DNA from: Octopus bimaculoides | Lineage: Eukaryota | Reading direction: 5' to 3' | Length of the DNA stretch: 64,000 nt | NCBI RefSeq assembly: GCF_001194135.2 | Contig: NC_068991.1 | Location: forward strand, 9,342,775 to 9,406,774 | Part shown: positions 1 to 12,854 of the stretch, piece after piece | Numbering within the stretch: position 1 is the first letter of the stretch | How the letters are laid out: every line of letters begins with the position of its first letter | The notes under the pieces: model-generated | The model's database searches: none | Told to the model about the DNA's origin: nothing | What the model saw: only the letters and a program-made list of their open reading frames with translations | Program-made: the position numbers and the translations under genes

Positions 1-205
1 GACTTCAACTGGGCATCTTTTCTCTTATATTGTTCTGTACCAGTTGCATTAATTGTGGTCTCTGCAATCAGGGAGGACGGCGATTTTGGTTATCTTAATT
101 TTCTTTTCTTTCTTCCCTTTCCATTTTTTGCATCGACCTTCTTTTTGTATGTATGTGTTTCTGTGTGTATGCTTATATATATATACATTGAAAACTTTTT
201 TACAG

Positions 206-335
206 AATGAAATCATTGGACAATATGTTTGCCACCGGACTCTTTATTAATGACCTTAGTATGCATGATTGTAGCCGAGATTTGGTCTTGGCTGGACATC
301 AGCAGTCAGCAGAATTGAAACTTGCTCTAGACCAG
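206..335 (+). CDS. Gyc88E: sGC exon: end of HNOBA/PAS region ([43 protein letters not shown])
   Basis: ttttttacag acceptor ends at 205; CAG/gtaagg donor after 335; 1 nt plus 43 codons. Confidence 0.93.
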
Positions 336-994
336 GTAAGGACAATTCTCATGCTTATTCTTTCTCATTCTTCAGTTCTTACTGGATTCTTAATGACGAA
401 ATTCTAAATTAGTTATGCCGCTAAGGCATTTGGCGGAACGATTGGACCCTGCACTATCTGCTTAGTTTTCAAGAGGCTGGCATGTTCTGGATATTATTTG
501 CGGTCATGGTTTTATGCTATGATATAGATACCGTGCTGGCTTATACCTCTGTGCATTATCTTGATGACCACGGCAAAAGCGCCGGAGTGGACACAGTTGG
601 AGCGCGACAATTGCTGTTTTTCTACACTTTCAAATGCAATTGCTTGAAACAAGTGTATAGATCATGGGTTCATGGTAATAAACAGAGAATCGGAAGCGAA
701 ATTAAATGCGCTATATTTTCCCCATAAAAACCAAATATGTATATTTATAAACCAAACATTGTTTAGATTGATAAATGCCGATATAATCTTTTTATATTTT
801 AGGTCGTACTTGCACCGAAATATTCATACACACGCACATCATAAAATTTTGCACTTACTGGCCATAAAATATTAGAGAGGTCATTGTGAGTGATGTATGT
901 TGCAGCAGTTGTTTTTGATGATGATGATGAGGAGGAGGAGGAGGAGGAGGAGGATGACGACGACGATGATGATGATGTTTTCTTTGTTTTTCAG

Positions 995-1141
995 GAGAAA
1001 CTAAAGAGCGCTATTCTGGAGAAAAGCATGCAGAGATTGGACAAAGAAATGAAACGAACCGATACCTTACTTTATCAGATGATTCCCAAAAGTGTGGCAG
1101 ATCGCTTGAGGGATGGCGAAGACTCGTTAGATACATGCGAG
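995..1141 (+). CDS. Gyc88E: sGC exon: coiled coil ([49 protein letters not shown])
   Basis: tttttcag acceptor; GAG/gtaaga donor; 147 nt, phase 0. Confidence 0.95.
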
Positions 1142-1264
1142 GTAAGAAAGATTTAACACTCAATTCTAGATATTATATTTACTTTGTTAGTGCACACATT
1201 TATAAGCAGACATCTTAGATTACAGAATTGTACTGGGTTATTGTCGTTGGTGTTATTGCTGTCA

Positions 1265-1340
1265 TTAAGTGTTTTAGTTCAATAAACACTCACAACGCCC
1301 GGCCTGGGAATCGAAACCGCGATCCTATGACCGCGAATCC
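1265..1340 (-). mobile_element. tRNA-head SINE family D, 5' fragment
   Basis: Reverse complement of gatcgcggtttcgattcccag.ccgggcgttgtgagtgtttattga; matches the copy at 33325. Confidence 0.7.
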
Positions 1341-1563
1341 ATATTATGTATATATAAATATATATATATATATAAACATATATATGTGTATGAATTTGTG
1401 CATGATATATATATATAAATATCATGCACAAATATGTGTGTGTGAATTGATCTAGCATTTCATCCGTGTACGTCTATTCATCTTCCTCTTTGTATTCCGA
1501 TCTTCCTATCTATTTGCCAATTTATATGCCTCTCTACCTATTTAATTATCTCTGTAATTTCAG

Positions 1564-1710
1564 ATGTTCGACAGTGTAACAATCCTATTTAGTGATGTTG
1601 TCGGCTTTACAAGTATTTGCAGTATGATTACCCCCATGGAAGTCGTTGGATTGCTGAACTCCATGTATACAATATTCGACAACATCAGCGAGAAACACCA
1701 AGTATATAAG
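1564..1710 (+). CDS. Gyc88E: sGC exon: catalytic domain start ([49 protein letters not shown])
   Basis: tttcag acceptor; AAG/gtaata donor; 147 nt; the FSDVVGF motif carries the first metal-binding Asp. Confidence 0.95.
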
Positions 1711-1959
1711 GTAATATAGACTTCATTTAATATTACATAGATTTTCAATTGAAATTTCTTCGCGTTGTGTGGTTCATTTACTTTTCACTCCTTTACTACA
1801 ACATTCACAATTCTCTTCATTTTCCTGTAAATAGGTAAAGTATTAATATAAGGCGCCGTTAATCATACTGGGTTGACGAGCCTACTCTGCCACACTAGCT
1901 CAACATTACTTGGCAAAACCAGTGTATTTGGGGGGGGGGGGTTCATACTCTTACCCAGA

Positions 1960-2133
1960 AGTAGTTATGCCGATTACGTCGTCTCTAGTGCTCAACTGGT
2001 ACTTATTTTATCGACCTCGAAAGGATGAAAGACAAAATCGACCTCGGCTAAAATCGAACTCAAAACGTAAAGACGGACGAAATACCGCTAAGCATTTTGC
2101 CCGGCATGCTAACGATTCTTCCAGCTCGCCGCC
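1960..2133 (-). mobile_element. SINE family A (tRNA head + Meta-like domain)
   Basis: On the minus strand: ggcggcgagctggaagaatcgttagc (A box), gagttcga (B box), tttcatcctttcgaggtcgataaaataagtaccag (Meta-like). Confidence 0.8.
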
Positions 2134-2444
2134 TTCAATATGTAAACGCTTGAGACTTGAAAGAAAATTCAGACAAAGATGATATCTCGGTTTTAATTTA
2201 TCTATCTTTCGTAACTCAATAGGACTAATCATGTATCAATTAATGTCTCTGATAATTAAATTTCGAGCAAATTAATTCTATGTGACATTTGTCTGTGAGA
2301 GAAATAAAATAGTTTTATCTCTTGTAAGAGAGAGAAATTTAGATGAACCAACGTAAAATTGCTCTTGGTATCTCAATCACTTGGCGGCAGAGAAGTTAGC
2401 CGTTGGAACCGGAAAAAGCAAGGCTAATTAACTCTTGGACTGTG

Positions 2445-2655
2445 GAAGCAGAATCGTTTGAGCGTCGGAAGAAATGCCTTTCAGCATTTCTTGCTGCTCT
2501 TTATATTCTGAGTTCAAATTCCGCCAAGACCAACTTTGCCCTTCATTGTTTCGGATGGTAGATAAAATAAAGTACCGGTCAGGTACTGGGGTTGTTCATA
2601 TTGACTAATTCCTTCCCTTCAAAATCGCTGGCGTTGTGCCAAAATTCAGAAATAA
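2445..2655 (+). mobile_element. SINE family A, diverged
   Basis: gcagaatcgtt, ttctgagttcaaattccgcc, taaagtaccgg, ttgtgccaaaattc tail. Confidence 0.7.
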
Positions 2656-2691
2656 TTATATTTAGATTATGTATGTATGTATGTATGTATG

Positions 2692-2722
<31 letters not shown>

Positions 2723-2798
2723 GTGTGTATGTATGCATGCTTATATATTGTTATATAATATATATATATGTATGTATTCTTATCTGTGTGTGTGTATA

Positions 2799-3100
2799 GG
2801 CGTGGCTGTGTGGTAAGAAGCGTGCTTCCCGACCACATGGTTCCAGGTTCAGTCCCACTGCGTGGCACCTTGGGTAAGTCTCTTCTACTATAGCCTCGGG
2901 CCGACCAAAGTCTTGACAACCGATGCTGGTGTGTTTATGTCCCCGTAATCTAGCGGTTCGGCAAAAGAGACCGATAGAATAAGTACTAGGCTTAACAATG
3001 AATAAGTTCTGTGGTCGATTTCTTCGACTATAGCCCATTAAGGTGGTGCTCCAGCATGGCCGCAGTCAACCGACTGAAACAAGTAAAAGAATAAAAGAAT
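2799..3100 (+). mobile_element. SINE family B (tRNA head + CORE-like domain) with the internal microsatellite deleted
   Basis: ggcgtggctgtgtggtaag head; ggcaccttgggtaagtc CORE-like segment; gaaacaagtaaaagaataaaagaat tail. Confidence 0.8.
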
Positions 3101-3625
3101 ATAGTTATGTGATAAAATGAATAGCAAATGGATGAAAACTGAAAACAAAAATTCATAGATAAATATGAAAATAACCCAGAATTAGAAAATAACGGGCAAA
3201 GAGATTAAATAAGAAGGAAATCGATATTATATGTCCTTCTTGCTCAATTTAGTACAAAATCTTCCATGTCAAAAGCTTTCAGGGAAGATAACAGTAGTTT
3301 AATCAATTTTAATATCCCATTACAATAATAAACAAAGTTCGGAAGTTGAGAAGAGAGCTAAGAGCGTAAATTGATACGTTTTGTTGACATTTAGTTTTTA
3401 GTAGTCTTCTCCTCCATATAATACGTAAATTACAATTAGTGATTTTTGTACAACAAACACTTGAATCAGTGTGTATGAACGTGCGTCTGTATGTGCATGG
3501 GCGAGTGTTATATAAACGTAATAAAATTAATTTATGTGCGCAAGTGCGTGAATATATATCCATATGAGTCTATCCATGTGTATATATACATATACCTGTT
3601 TGTGGATATATGAGCTTGAGTGCGA

Positions 3626-3776
3626 GTGTGCGTATGTCTGTGTGTGCGTATGTCTGTGTGTGCGTATGTCTGTGTGTGCGTATGTCTGTGTGTGCGNNNN
3701 NNNNNNTGTGCGTATGTCTGTGTGTGCGTATGTCTGTGTGTGCGTATGTCTGTGTGTGCGTATGTCTGTGTGTGCG
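3626..3776. repeat. 14-bp tandem repeat (gtgtgcgtatgtct)n with a small N gap
   Basis: About 10 near-perfect units read directly. Confidence 0.9.
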
Positions 3777-3966
3777 CAGTTAAATCTGTTTACTTTCCTC
3801 AGTGTAGGCGTTGCTGACTGTAATATAACCACATTAAATTTATCTTAACTACATACCCATACATATACACACATACATATACACACATACATATACACAC
3901 ATACGTATTTTTATGCATACGTACACATATATGTTCCTTTTAAATAAAATGTCATTTATATATATA

Positions 3967-4217
3967 CAGTATATACCCTCGATTATCACGGGTGTTACGT
4001 TCCAAAAAACACGCGATGGGTGAAAGTCCGCGAAGTAAAAACAGTAGTGTAGTGTATATTTTTATTTTTATTTTTATAATTTGTATATATCTATTTTATT
4101 ATAAATACAAAACAACACCACGGAGGAATCGACGTAAGCCTAAATAATAAACTGCGATAGATGAACAGCGATAGGTGTACCGCGATAAGTGAACCACGAT
4201 GTAGCGAGGGATTACTG
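3967..4217. mobile_element. Tigger/pogo-like MITE (251 bp)
   Basis: TA-CAGTATATACCCTCG at the left, CGAGGGATTACTG-TA at the right; imperfect TIRs and TA flanks. Confidence 0.7.
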
Positions 4218-5046
4218 TATATATAAGCGAACTTTAGGTTAGTTAAAATATGTTTGTGACATATTCCAACTTCCGGCGACAACCGTTGTAGCATACTCGC
4301 AACAGCAGTACTGTGAATGGACGATCTTAACGTTTAGTCACTCAACAACTACATCACTCAACAACTACATCACTCCACCTCGGACATCGGTGTACATGAG
4401 CTAGAGTGAACGTTTGTCAAGTGCACTTGGTGGTTTCTCTAAAGCTGAACATGAAAGATTTTGGAAGAGAAAGGTTTGCAACAAGCATATGTGCAACAGA
4501 CTTATGTGCAACAGACGACTGCTCTTGACCAATGATAATCCAACTGGAGCGTATTCAGCTCGATGTTGCCTCAAAGAATACATGTGAAAGAAAAGTCTGA
4601 TCAGCAATGGAATGACTAATCAGCAGTTTACTAATCAATATACACTAGCATGATACTTGGTATAAACTAGTAAACAACAGATGCATGGTTCGATTATCTC
4701 GAGTAACCCAGGTCTACTGACTCTTTAGTTTTTTGTTTTTGTTTTTGTTTTTTGTTAATTGGTTTTTGTTATATAACAACTATCAATTAATAATCCTCAT
4801 ATTACGAGCCTTATTTTCCAACTGATCTTATGTTTCGGGTTCTTACGTATATGTCTCATTTCAATTAACTCGGTTTACATAACTCACCCTCAATTAAAGG
4901 TCAGTGGGATTGTTAATTGTTAATAAATACTTCTGATCGTCAAAGGTCAAGCAATCTACTTTATTTACTAATTTATTAATATGCAGCTTAAATAGATATT
5001 TCTATTCACACAAGTTCAGTGATATAGATAGATAGAAGGAGAGAGA

Positions 5047-5086
<40 letters not shown>

Positions 5087-5224
5087 TATGCGTACATATT
5101 ATACACTATACTCTATTACACACACATGCACACAGATGTGTGGGATGGGTGTCGCAAGAATATATTCCATAGAATCGGTGGAAGGGCTGATATTACAGAA
5201 CATTTCAAGGCCTTCAAGTATCGG

Positions 5225-5689
5225 ATTGGCAGAATCGTTAGGACGTCAGACAAAATGTTTTGTGATATATGTTCCAACCCTTTACGTTCTAAGTTCAAAT
5301 CCCACCAAAGTCACCTTTGTCTTTCTTACCTCCTGGTCAACAAACGAATGGTTATGCGCGTTATTGCGTTATATAATTAGGTCACAATATCTCTGTGGTC
5401 TTTCAACGGGTTTCAGATCAAAATTCTTGAAAATTCAATTTGTGAAATAACCACAATAATGGATCAACACGAAATATGGTTTCAAATTTTGGCACAAGGC
5501 CAGCAATTTTAATGGGGGGAGTAAGTCGATTGCATCGACACCAGTGTTCAACTGGTACTTTTTTCATTGAACCCGAAATGTTGCAAGGCAAAGTCGACCT
5601 CGGTGGAATTTGAACTCAGATCGTAAAGACGAACGTAAGGCTGCTAAGCATTTTGCCCGGCGTGCTAACGATTCTGCCAACACGCCGCC
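5225..5689. mobile_element. Two family A SINEs in opposite orientation (about 5225-5340 + and 5478-5689 -)
   Basis: A/B-box heads and Meta-like segments on opposite strands. Confidence 0.75.
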
Positions 5690-5754
5690 TTTGGCTGAAT
5701 TGTAAATAGTTTGCTTCTCAACTTCATGGTTCCCTGTTGAACCACTCTCCGTAA

Positions 5755-5985
5755 GTGACTTGTGAGTAGATCTAATAGACAGCGTCTGAAGGAAGCCCTC
5801 TATGTGTGTGTGTGTGTCCACTGCTGCTTGACAACTGGTGTTGGTTTGTTTACGTGCCCGCAACTTAGCGGTCAGGCAAAAGAGACGGATACAATAAGTA
5901 CTTGGACCTATTTGCTTGACTAAACCCTTCAAGGCAATGTCCCAATATGGCCGCTGTCCGATAACCGATACAAGTAAAAGATAGA
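5755..5985 (+). mobile_element. SINE family B, 3' part
   Basis: cttgacaactggtg..caacttagcggtcaggcaaaagagac..caagtaaaagata. Confidence 0.7.
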
Positions 5986-5991
5986 TATTAT

Positions 5992-6026
<35 letters not shown>

Positions 6027-6046
6027 CATACACGTATATATATATG

Positions 6047-6080
<34 letters not shown>

Positions 6081-7056
6081 TGATGTGGACGCGATTTTGA
6101 TGGATGTAAGATATAAAATATTAGTACGGATTAATCAAAAGTTTGGTTTCAACGAATTTTGTATTATAAATANNNNNNNNNNNNNNNNNNNNNNNNNNNN
6201 NNNNNNNNNNNNNNNNNNNNNNNNNNNNNNNNNNNNNNNNNNNNNNNNNNNNNNNNNNNNNNNNNNNNNNNNNNNNNNNNNNNNNNNNNNNNNNNNNNNN
6301 NNNNNNNNNNNNNNNNNNNNNNNNNNNNNNNNNNNNNNNNNNNNNNNNNNNNNNNNNNNNNNNNNNNNNNNNNNNNNNNNNNNNNNNNNNNNNNNNNNNN
6401 NNNNNNNNNNNNNNNNNNNNNNNNNNNNNNNNNNNNNNNNNNNNNNNNNNNNNNNNNNNNNNNNNNNNNNNNNNNNNNNNNNNNNNNNNNNNNNNNNNNN
6501 NNNNNNNNNNNNNNNNNNNNNNNNNNNNNNNNNNNNNNNNNNNNNNNNNNNNNNNNNNNNNNNNNNNNNNNNNNNNNNNNNNNNNNNNNNNNNNNNNNNN
6601 NNNNNNNNNNNNNNNNNNNNNNNNNNNNNNNNNNNNNNNNNNNNNNNNNNNNNNNNNNNNNNNNNNNNNNNNNNNNNNNNNNNNNNNNNNNNNNNNNNNN
6701 NNNNNNNNNNNNNNNNNNNNNNNNNNNNNNNNNNNNNNNNNNNNNNNNNNNNNNNNNNNNNNNNNNNNNNNNNNNNNNNNNNNNNNNNNNNNNNNNNNNN
6801 NNNNNNNNNNNNNNNNNNNNNNNNNNNNNNNNNNNNNNNNNNNNNNNGTATGTATATATGTATATATATATATGTAAATATATATATATGTATGTGTATA
6901 TATGTGTATGTATATGTATGTATGTATGTATGTATATATACGTATGTATATATATGTATGTATATATATGTATATATATATATGTATATATATATGTATG
7001 TATATATATATATATGTATATATATATGTATGTATATATATGTATATATATATATG

Positions 7057-7097
<41 letters not shown>

Positions 7098-7399
7098 CTG
7101 TGTGTGTGTATTCATGTGTGTGTGTGTATGTATGTATATATATATATATGCATACATACATAATCACACCAGAACATAAATTTTGTATATTTTCCTTTGA
7201 TATGTTTGTGTTTATGGAAATGGTAAAATTATTATCATTCACAGAGAAATTTAGTTGGTTTTTAAACCGTCGTCCTACACTATATATATTTCAACTTACG
7301 TGGCTCGCTTAACATCAATATTGGCAAGATAATATCTGAACTGTCGTTGTTGTTGTTCTTGTTGTTGATGATGAGGATGATGATGATGTTTCTTGTTGT

Positions 7400-7600
7400 C
7401 GTTGTTGTGTAGTCCAGTTCAATCATGAGAGAGTGGGCAAAACTATGACCAAAGGCCGTTCCAGCTACGACCATACCGCCTCTTTATCGGAATCATTGTG
7501 CACCAGATAACACTATCCAGTATGTTCCTTCAATGAAACGGTAGAATGTGGCTTGTGAGCGCCTTGGCTGCTATTTCTGATATGTCCAACGACCTTGCAG
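7400..7600. repeat. Dispersed repeat family G (follows (GTT)n); related copies near 41625-41850, 46468-46660, 56765-56830
   Basis: Shared motifs tgaccaaaggc.ttccagc..cgacca and ttggctgctatttct in several places; class unknown, possibly a (CAA)n-tailed retroposon on the minus strand. Confidence 0.55.
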
Positions 7601-7987
7601 AGACTCTTTTTTTTTTTGGTGAGGGGTACAGGAATTACTAACGAATTTTCATTGATGTTGATAAAATAAATGCTTTTGCTTACATTGTGATATCTACTCG
7701 AGATGATTTCCGTATTCTACCCAATATAATTTTAACTGTTATAAATCTTACTTTGCGATATGCATGCATAGGCTTCGGATGATTGCAATGTTGAGACGTA
7801 TTTGTTTATAATCATAATTCCACTTGTAACCTTTGTGTTTCCATATAAACATATAATCTCATGACAGACACACAGTATAAATTGTATAGAATGGTCGCAG
7901 AAAAGATAAGCGTGTTCAATTGTCCACATTCTGTATCATCTAAAATGTAAGCTTGTAGAAACTCAATTGAAATACGTACAAATATCT

Positions 7988-8130
7988 ATGGCTGCGGGGT
8001 TAACAAGCTTGCTTTTCAACCACGTGTTTTCGGGTTCGGTACCACTGCGCGACGCCTTGGGCAAGTATCTTCTATTATTGCTCAGGGCCGACCAGTGTGG
8101 AAGCCTGTTGTATGTGTGCCTCTGTCTCTC

Positions 8131-8161
<31 letters not shown>

Positions 8162-8415
8162 GTGCGTGAGTGCGTGCGTGCGTGCGTGTGTGTGTGTGTG
8201 TGTGTGTGTGCGTGTGTGTGTGTGTGATCCTAAATCACATGACAACAGCTGTTGATTTGTTTACACCCTTGCAACTTAGCGGTTCGGCAAAAGAAACCGA
8301 TAGAATAAGTGGCACACTTTAAAACAAAATAAGCACTGGAGTCGATCAGTTCGACTAAAACCTGCCCCCGCATGGCCGCAGTCCAATGACTGAAACAAGT
8401 AAAAGATAAAGGATA
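7988..8415 (+). mobile_element. SINE family B, near full length with internal (TG)n
   Basis: Head, ccttgggcaagtatcttcta CORE-like segment, internal microsatellite, catggccgcagtccaatgactgaaacaagtaaaag tail. Confidence 0.8.
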
Positions 8416-9203
8416 ATTTCTTCAGGAAACACTTCCCTTCACTCCAAGATAGTCTTGGATGACTCGTGAAATGTGAATCTTCATAAACCATCAACAATAT
8501 TTATTCAACGATATACAGCCTCCCCTTCTTGAAATACGTCAACAGTATACCAAACCTATTGAATTTATTCGATAGACTCATCTTTTTTTCTTTTACAATT
8601 TCTGACATTAAATGTTGCGTCACAATTCAGTCTCTGTTTTAAACACTTTCTTCAATTCATCTTTTTCTACGGAATTGTCTCAACCCTCTAGAATCTGATT
8701 TTCACTTCTACCCAAGATCCTACAATTTAAACGTTATCATCACTTGTTTAACCTTATCCAGTTACCCAGGCCATGGTCCTCCTGAAACTGACGAACGAAA
8801 GGAATAATATATTTACATTATATGCACATGTGTTTTATTCATTTACATTAAATATACATAAATACATACGCCTATTTAATTACATTATATAGAGCCTCAT
8901 TTTGCACACGTTTTATCCACACAGTTTGTGTGTATACATAGACAATATATGCACATACATGATGTACACCTTTGTTGACTGGAAGTGTATATTAACTACA
9001 TTTACCTCATTCTTGTCTGTTCTCTTGTTCCCATCAGTCTAGTAAGTCAAAGAAAACACTCCAATTGAATTTCAGTCGTTTTCCATGCAGCCTCTCGAGA
9101 TTGTCCATATTGTATTTCATGCACACGCTAAGACAATAATAGTGAGATCTTATAAAATTATATCGTATCTAGAACATATATGGGCATTTTCGTGTCATTT
9201 CAG

Positions 9204-9360
9204 GTAGAAACTATCGGTGATGCTTATATGTTAGTATCTGGCGCCCCTGTACGAATAGACAATCATCCTGTTGAAATATGTAACATGGCGCTAGATATGG
9301 TCTCAGAAATTGACGTAGTAGATTCGACAGAAATCTGCGAGAAGTTAAAAATACGAATAG
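9204..9360 (+). CDS. Gyc88E: sGC exon: VETIGDAYMLVSGAP...KLKIRI-G
   Basis: catttcag acceptor; G/gtaagt donor; 157 nt; ETIGDAY cyclase motif. Confidence 0.95.
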
Positions 9361-9465
9361 GTAAGTTTTTTTCTCCGCGTTGTTTCTCGAAATGATTCTG
9401 TCATTGCAAGAAACCCAGTGGTTCGAATCATTTCTTAACTCTTTTGAGAATCATTGCTCTTGTGC

Positions 9466-9496
<31 letters not shown>

Positions 9497-9659
9497 ATTG
9501 GATTGGATTGGATGAGATTAGATCGTCCATGTTCAGTCCACTCCAATGTGAAAGCCGTGAACTTGCTTAAGCTCATACTGGTTTTATAAGCCTATTCTGC
9601 AATACTGGCTCGACATGGCTTGGCAGAGAGGTGCAGTTTTTATACTCATACCCAGGAGT

Positions 9660-9842
9660 AGTAAAGTCAATTATATCAACCCCAGTGTTCATCTGGTACT
9701 TATTTTATCGACCCCGAAAGGATGAAAGGCAAAGTCGACATCTGTGGAATTTGAACACAGAACGGTATTTCGTCCATCTTAAAGACGGACGAAATACCGC
9801 TAAGCGTTTCGCCCGGCGTGCTAATGACTTTGCCAGTTCGCC
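9660..9842 (-). mobile_element. SINE family A
   Basis: ctggtacttattttatcgaccccgaaaggatgaaaggcaaagtcgac is the reverse complement of the Meta-like segment. Confidence 0.8.
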
Positions 9843-11263
9843 GTTATTCTTATTAAAGATGATTATGACAAGGAAGTAGATGATGGTGATTGTGTGTTGC
9901 TCTGGCCAACTTTGCTTTAGCTGGCGTATCATATGGGATTAGGCAATTTAACATTTAGAAATAACCAATAAGTCTTGTATACCATATGTGCCATGCTTCA
10001 GTTTAATCACAGAGGACTCTAGCAACCAGTATATATAGACTGACACATAATATTTATCGATAATATTTATAATTCGAAGCAAAAATAGATCAAGCAATCA
10101 TATACTGCATTATCTGTTTACTGTAGCAAAATAGAATAGTATAATGTGGTATCTTTTCTTAGATATAAAATATAGTTAAGAAATCTAGTCAATAGGCTTA
10201 ACTCTGCTATAACTCTGCAGTGTTAATATTTATTTTAGCCATTGTAATATGATGATAGTTTAATCCAGTTCAAAAATTAAGTAAAACTAAACTGAATACT
10301 ATAAGCCATAAAAAACATCAGCCCACCACTCACTATACACTCCTCTGCCAGAAATCACGTATCCTCAACTACTTCCATACCATTAACTATTCACTATATT
10401 GGTTCAAGAGATTCATGCATATTTTTATTTCCAAACTATTCTTTTCTTCTCTTCTCCTTCCCTGTGCCTTGACTAGCAACAACTGTCCAAAACGCTGATA
10501 TTACTCCTTTCCTTTCATACATTTTACGGATATTTATGTTCTTTTCTTTTTCTTTTCCTTTTTTTAACACATAAATTGTCTTTTAAACATGCAGTGACAC
10601 CTCGTTTTTTCAGTTCTCAAAATCAACTTACACCATACATCTACAATACCTTCAAGTATCTTTACCTTTAGAATATTCCAGCCTCAGGGCAATTAAAACC
10701 CCACACATCTTTATGCAAAAATTCTTTACCATTTCAGATACCCATACATTTTAAATCCTGACTATAAGACAATAAACCTGAAATAGATAAAACAGCCTTA
10801 ACTTGAAGTAATCTTCAGCCTGAAGAAGTTCATGTGACAGTTTTCATATAATAGATGGCTCTTTCAGAGTTTATTGATATTAAATCAAATAAACTCTTAC
10901 AGAAAGTATTGCTACCATCTGACACCTGCTAACAATATCCATTTATCTAGTTCTTCTCATCTGCACACATTGAGTACTCAAACTGCTTTAAACCCTTCTC
11001 AGATAAGAAATAACAGAAGATTGTAATTTTTGCAACAGACTTCTTATGATACCAGGTTTAGATTCGGTAAACTTTGAAGGAGTCTTTTTTTTTTTTAAAT
11101 AACAAGAACTTGGTGAAATGCAGCAAGGTAATAATAGCATGTTACCCTTGCTTTGCTTTCCAGTCTTTTGGTCCGTTTCTATGATGACCATAGACAAAGT
11201 AACCAAGTTCGATGCGTCATAGCTATGCCGCTTAAGATTAACAGAAAATGGTAAGCAATAGCA

Positions 11264-11498
11264 GGCGGCGAGCTGGCAGAACCGTTAGCGCGCCGGGCGA
11301 GATGCTCTGCGGTATTTCGTCTGCCGTTACGTTCTGAGTTCAAATTCCGCCGAGGTCGACTTTACCTTTTATCCTTTCGGGGTCGATAAATTAAGTACCA
11401 GTTACGCACTGGGGTCGATGTAATCGACTTAATCCCTTTTTCTGTCCTTGTTTGTCCCCTCTGTGTTTAGCCCCTTGTGGGCAATAAAGAAATAAGAA
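11264..11498 (+). mobile_element. SINE subfamily A2 (tail ...gccccttgtgggcaataaagaaataagaa)
   Basis: Near-identical to 34869-35102; flanked by an imperfect duplication agaaaa..gtaagcaat. Confidence 0.85.
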
Positions 11499-11674
11499 AA
11501 CAGTAAGCAATCCAACTCAAAATTTTGGCTTAATGCGTTGCATACGTTTCGTGCGTGTGTGTACTTTGTATTTATCTGGGTCAAGGATAGAGATCTTTGC
11601 GTTCTTCTATTGATTCTGATATTACTGAAAATTTCTGAATCTACACCAACTGATGGTTCTTATTTTCTTTTCAG

Positions 11675-11784
11675 GTATTCATACAGGACCCTGTGTAGCA
11701 GGGGTTGTCGGTGTGAAGATGCCACGGTATTGCCTCTTTGGAGACACAGTGAATACAGCCGCGCGGATGGAAACAAACGGAGAG
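11675..11784 (+). CDS. Gyc88E: sGC exon: [37 protein letters not shown]
   Basis: ttcttttcag acceptor; GAG/gttgta donor; 110 nt completes the phase-1 Gly codon; [15 protein letters not shown] guanylyl cyclase signature. Confidence 0.95.
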
Positions 11785-11863
11785 GTTGTACACTCTATGT
11801 ATATAATTGTTTTCATATAGGGACGTATGTACGCATTCAGAGTAATACGGTACAAGTGAGAAA

Positions 11864-11904
<41 letters not shown>

Positions 11905-12474
11905 TCAGAAAGTTAAAAATAAAAAGTGGAGAATGGAAAATATAAACATAATTAGGCCAATCAAAAGAGTCATTTTTCCCTTGCGGGATGCGGCAGAAAG
12001 GTTGCCCCGATTTCAAAGGTTAATAAAAATTAAAAAAACACATAAAGAGACAAGAAAAAACGATGCTCTACACTCCAGGCCATAGTGGGTACTACCTGAA
12101 ACAGAAAAGAAAAATGGCATTTAATGAACTTCTTAGAAATGCAAAAGTTTTTCATACATCTTCATGTGTTTGTTTTATGTTAACCTTTGAAATCGGGGCG
12201 ACCTTTCTGTCGCACCTTGTATATGCCGACAGGAAGGGCATTCGACCATAAAAAATCTGCGTCAACGAATTTCGACAGGCAAAATGAAAAGGTGGACATT
12301 AAAACAATGAAAATGATGATGATGATGATGATGATGATGATATATATGTGTGTGTGCGTGTTTGTGTGAATGTATATGTTATAAATCGCTGCCAAAATCT
12401 CCTTCTAATCTTATTCTATCATTTTTATGGAAGGGCACATTGAGTAAGGTAGTTTCATATCGACTATAGTGAAA

Positions 12475-12720
12475 GCGTGTGGCTTAGTGGTTAGGAGTAC
12501 TCGACTCACGATCCTATGATCGTGATTTCGATTCTTGGTGGTGCGTTGTCTCCTTGAACAAGACACTTTATTTCACTTTGCTCCAGTCCACTCAGCTGGC
12601 AAAAATGAGTAGTATCTGTATTTCAAAGGACCAGCCTTGTCACATTCTGTGTCATGTTTAATCTCCCTGAGAACTACGTTAAGGGCACGCGTGTCTGTGG
12701 AATGCTCAGCCACTTGCACG
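12475..12720 (+). mobile_element. SINE family C (tRNA head + Nin/Deu-like domain)
   Basis: ggcttagtggttagg head; gcgttgtctccttgaacaagacacttt..ccactcagctggcaaaaatgagta; 3' part shared with family D. Confidence 0.7.
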
Positions 12721-12854
12721 CTCAGAGCTGACCAGGAGCTTTTCTGATCTAGACAAAATGGTCAGTAAGCAAGCAACCGAGAAGTCAGGCATTCGTACCT
12801 TGTCACTCACCGACACTCTGTTGGGGACCTTGTAGACAAATCACTTCACCTAAC

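Noticed and set aside
890-994. In-frame poly-Asp/Glu extension upstream of exon 995-1141
   Set aside because: It is an intronic GAT/GAG/GAC triplet repeat; the nearby AG acceptors at 905 and 908 are out of frame, and the 335-995 splice already gives a contiguous protein
6052-7242. Long ORFs in the track here and across other gaps (for example 19740-20889, 57462-58446)
   Set aside because: Artefacts of N runs and TA/CA microsatellites
10820-10845. CUGAAGA-containing hammerhead-like start
   Set aside because: GACA instead of GAAA, no clear stem II and no cleavage triplet
11264-11350. tRNA-like A/B-box sequences here and in other SINE heads as tRNA genes
   Set aside because: No complete cloverleaf or anticodon arm; they continue into SINE bodies and occur in many copies
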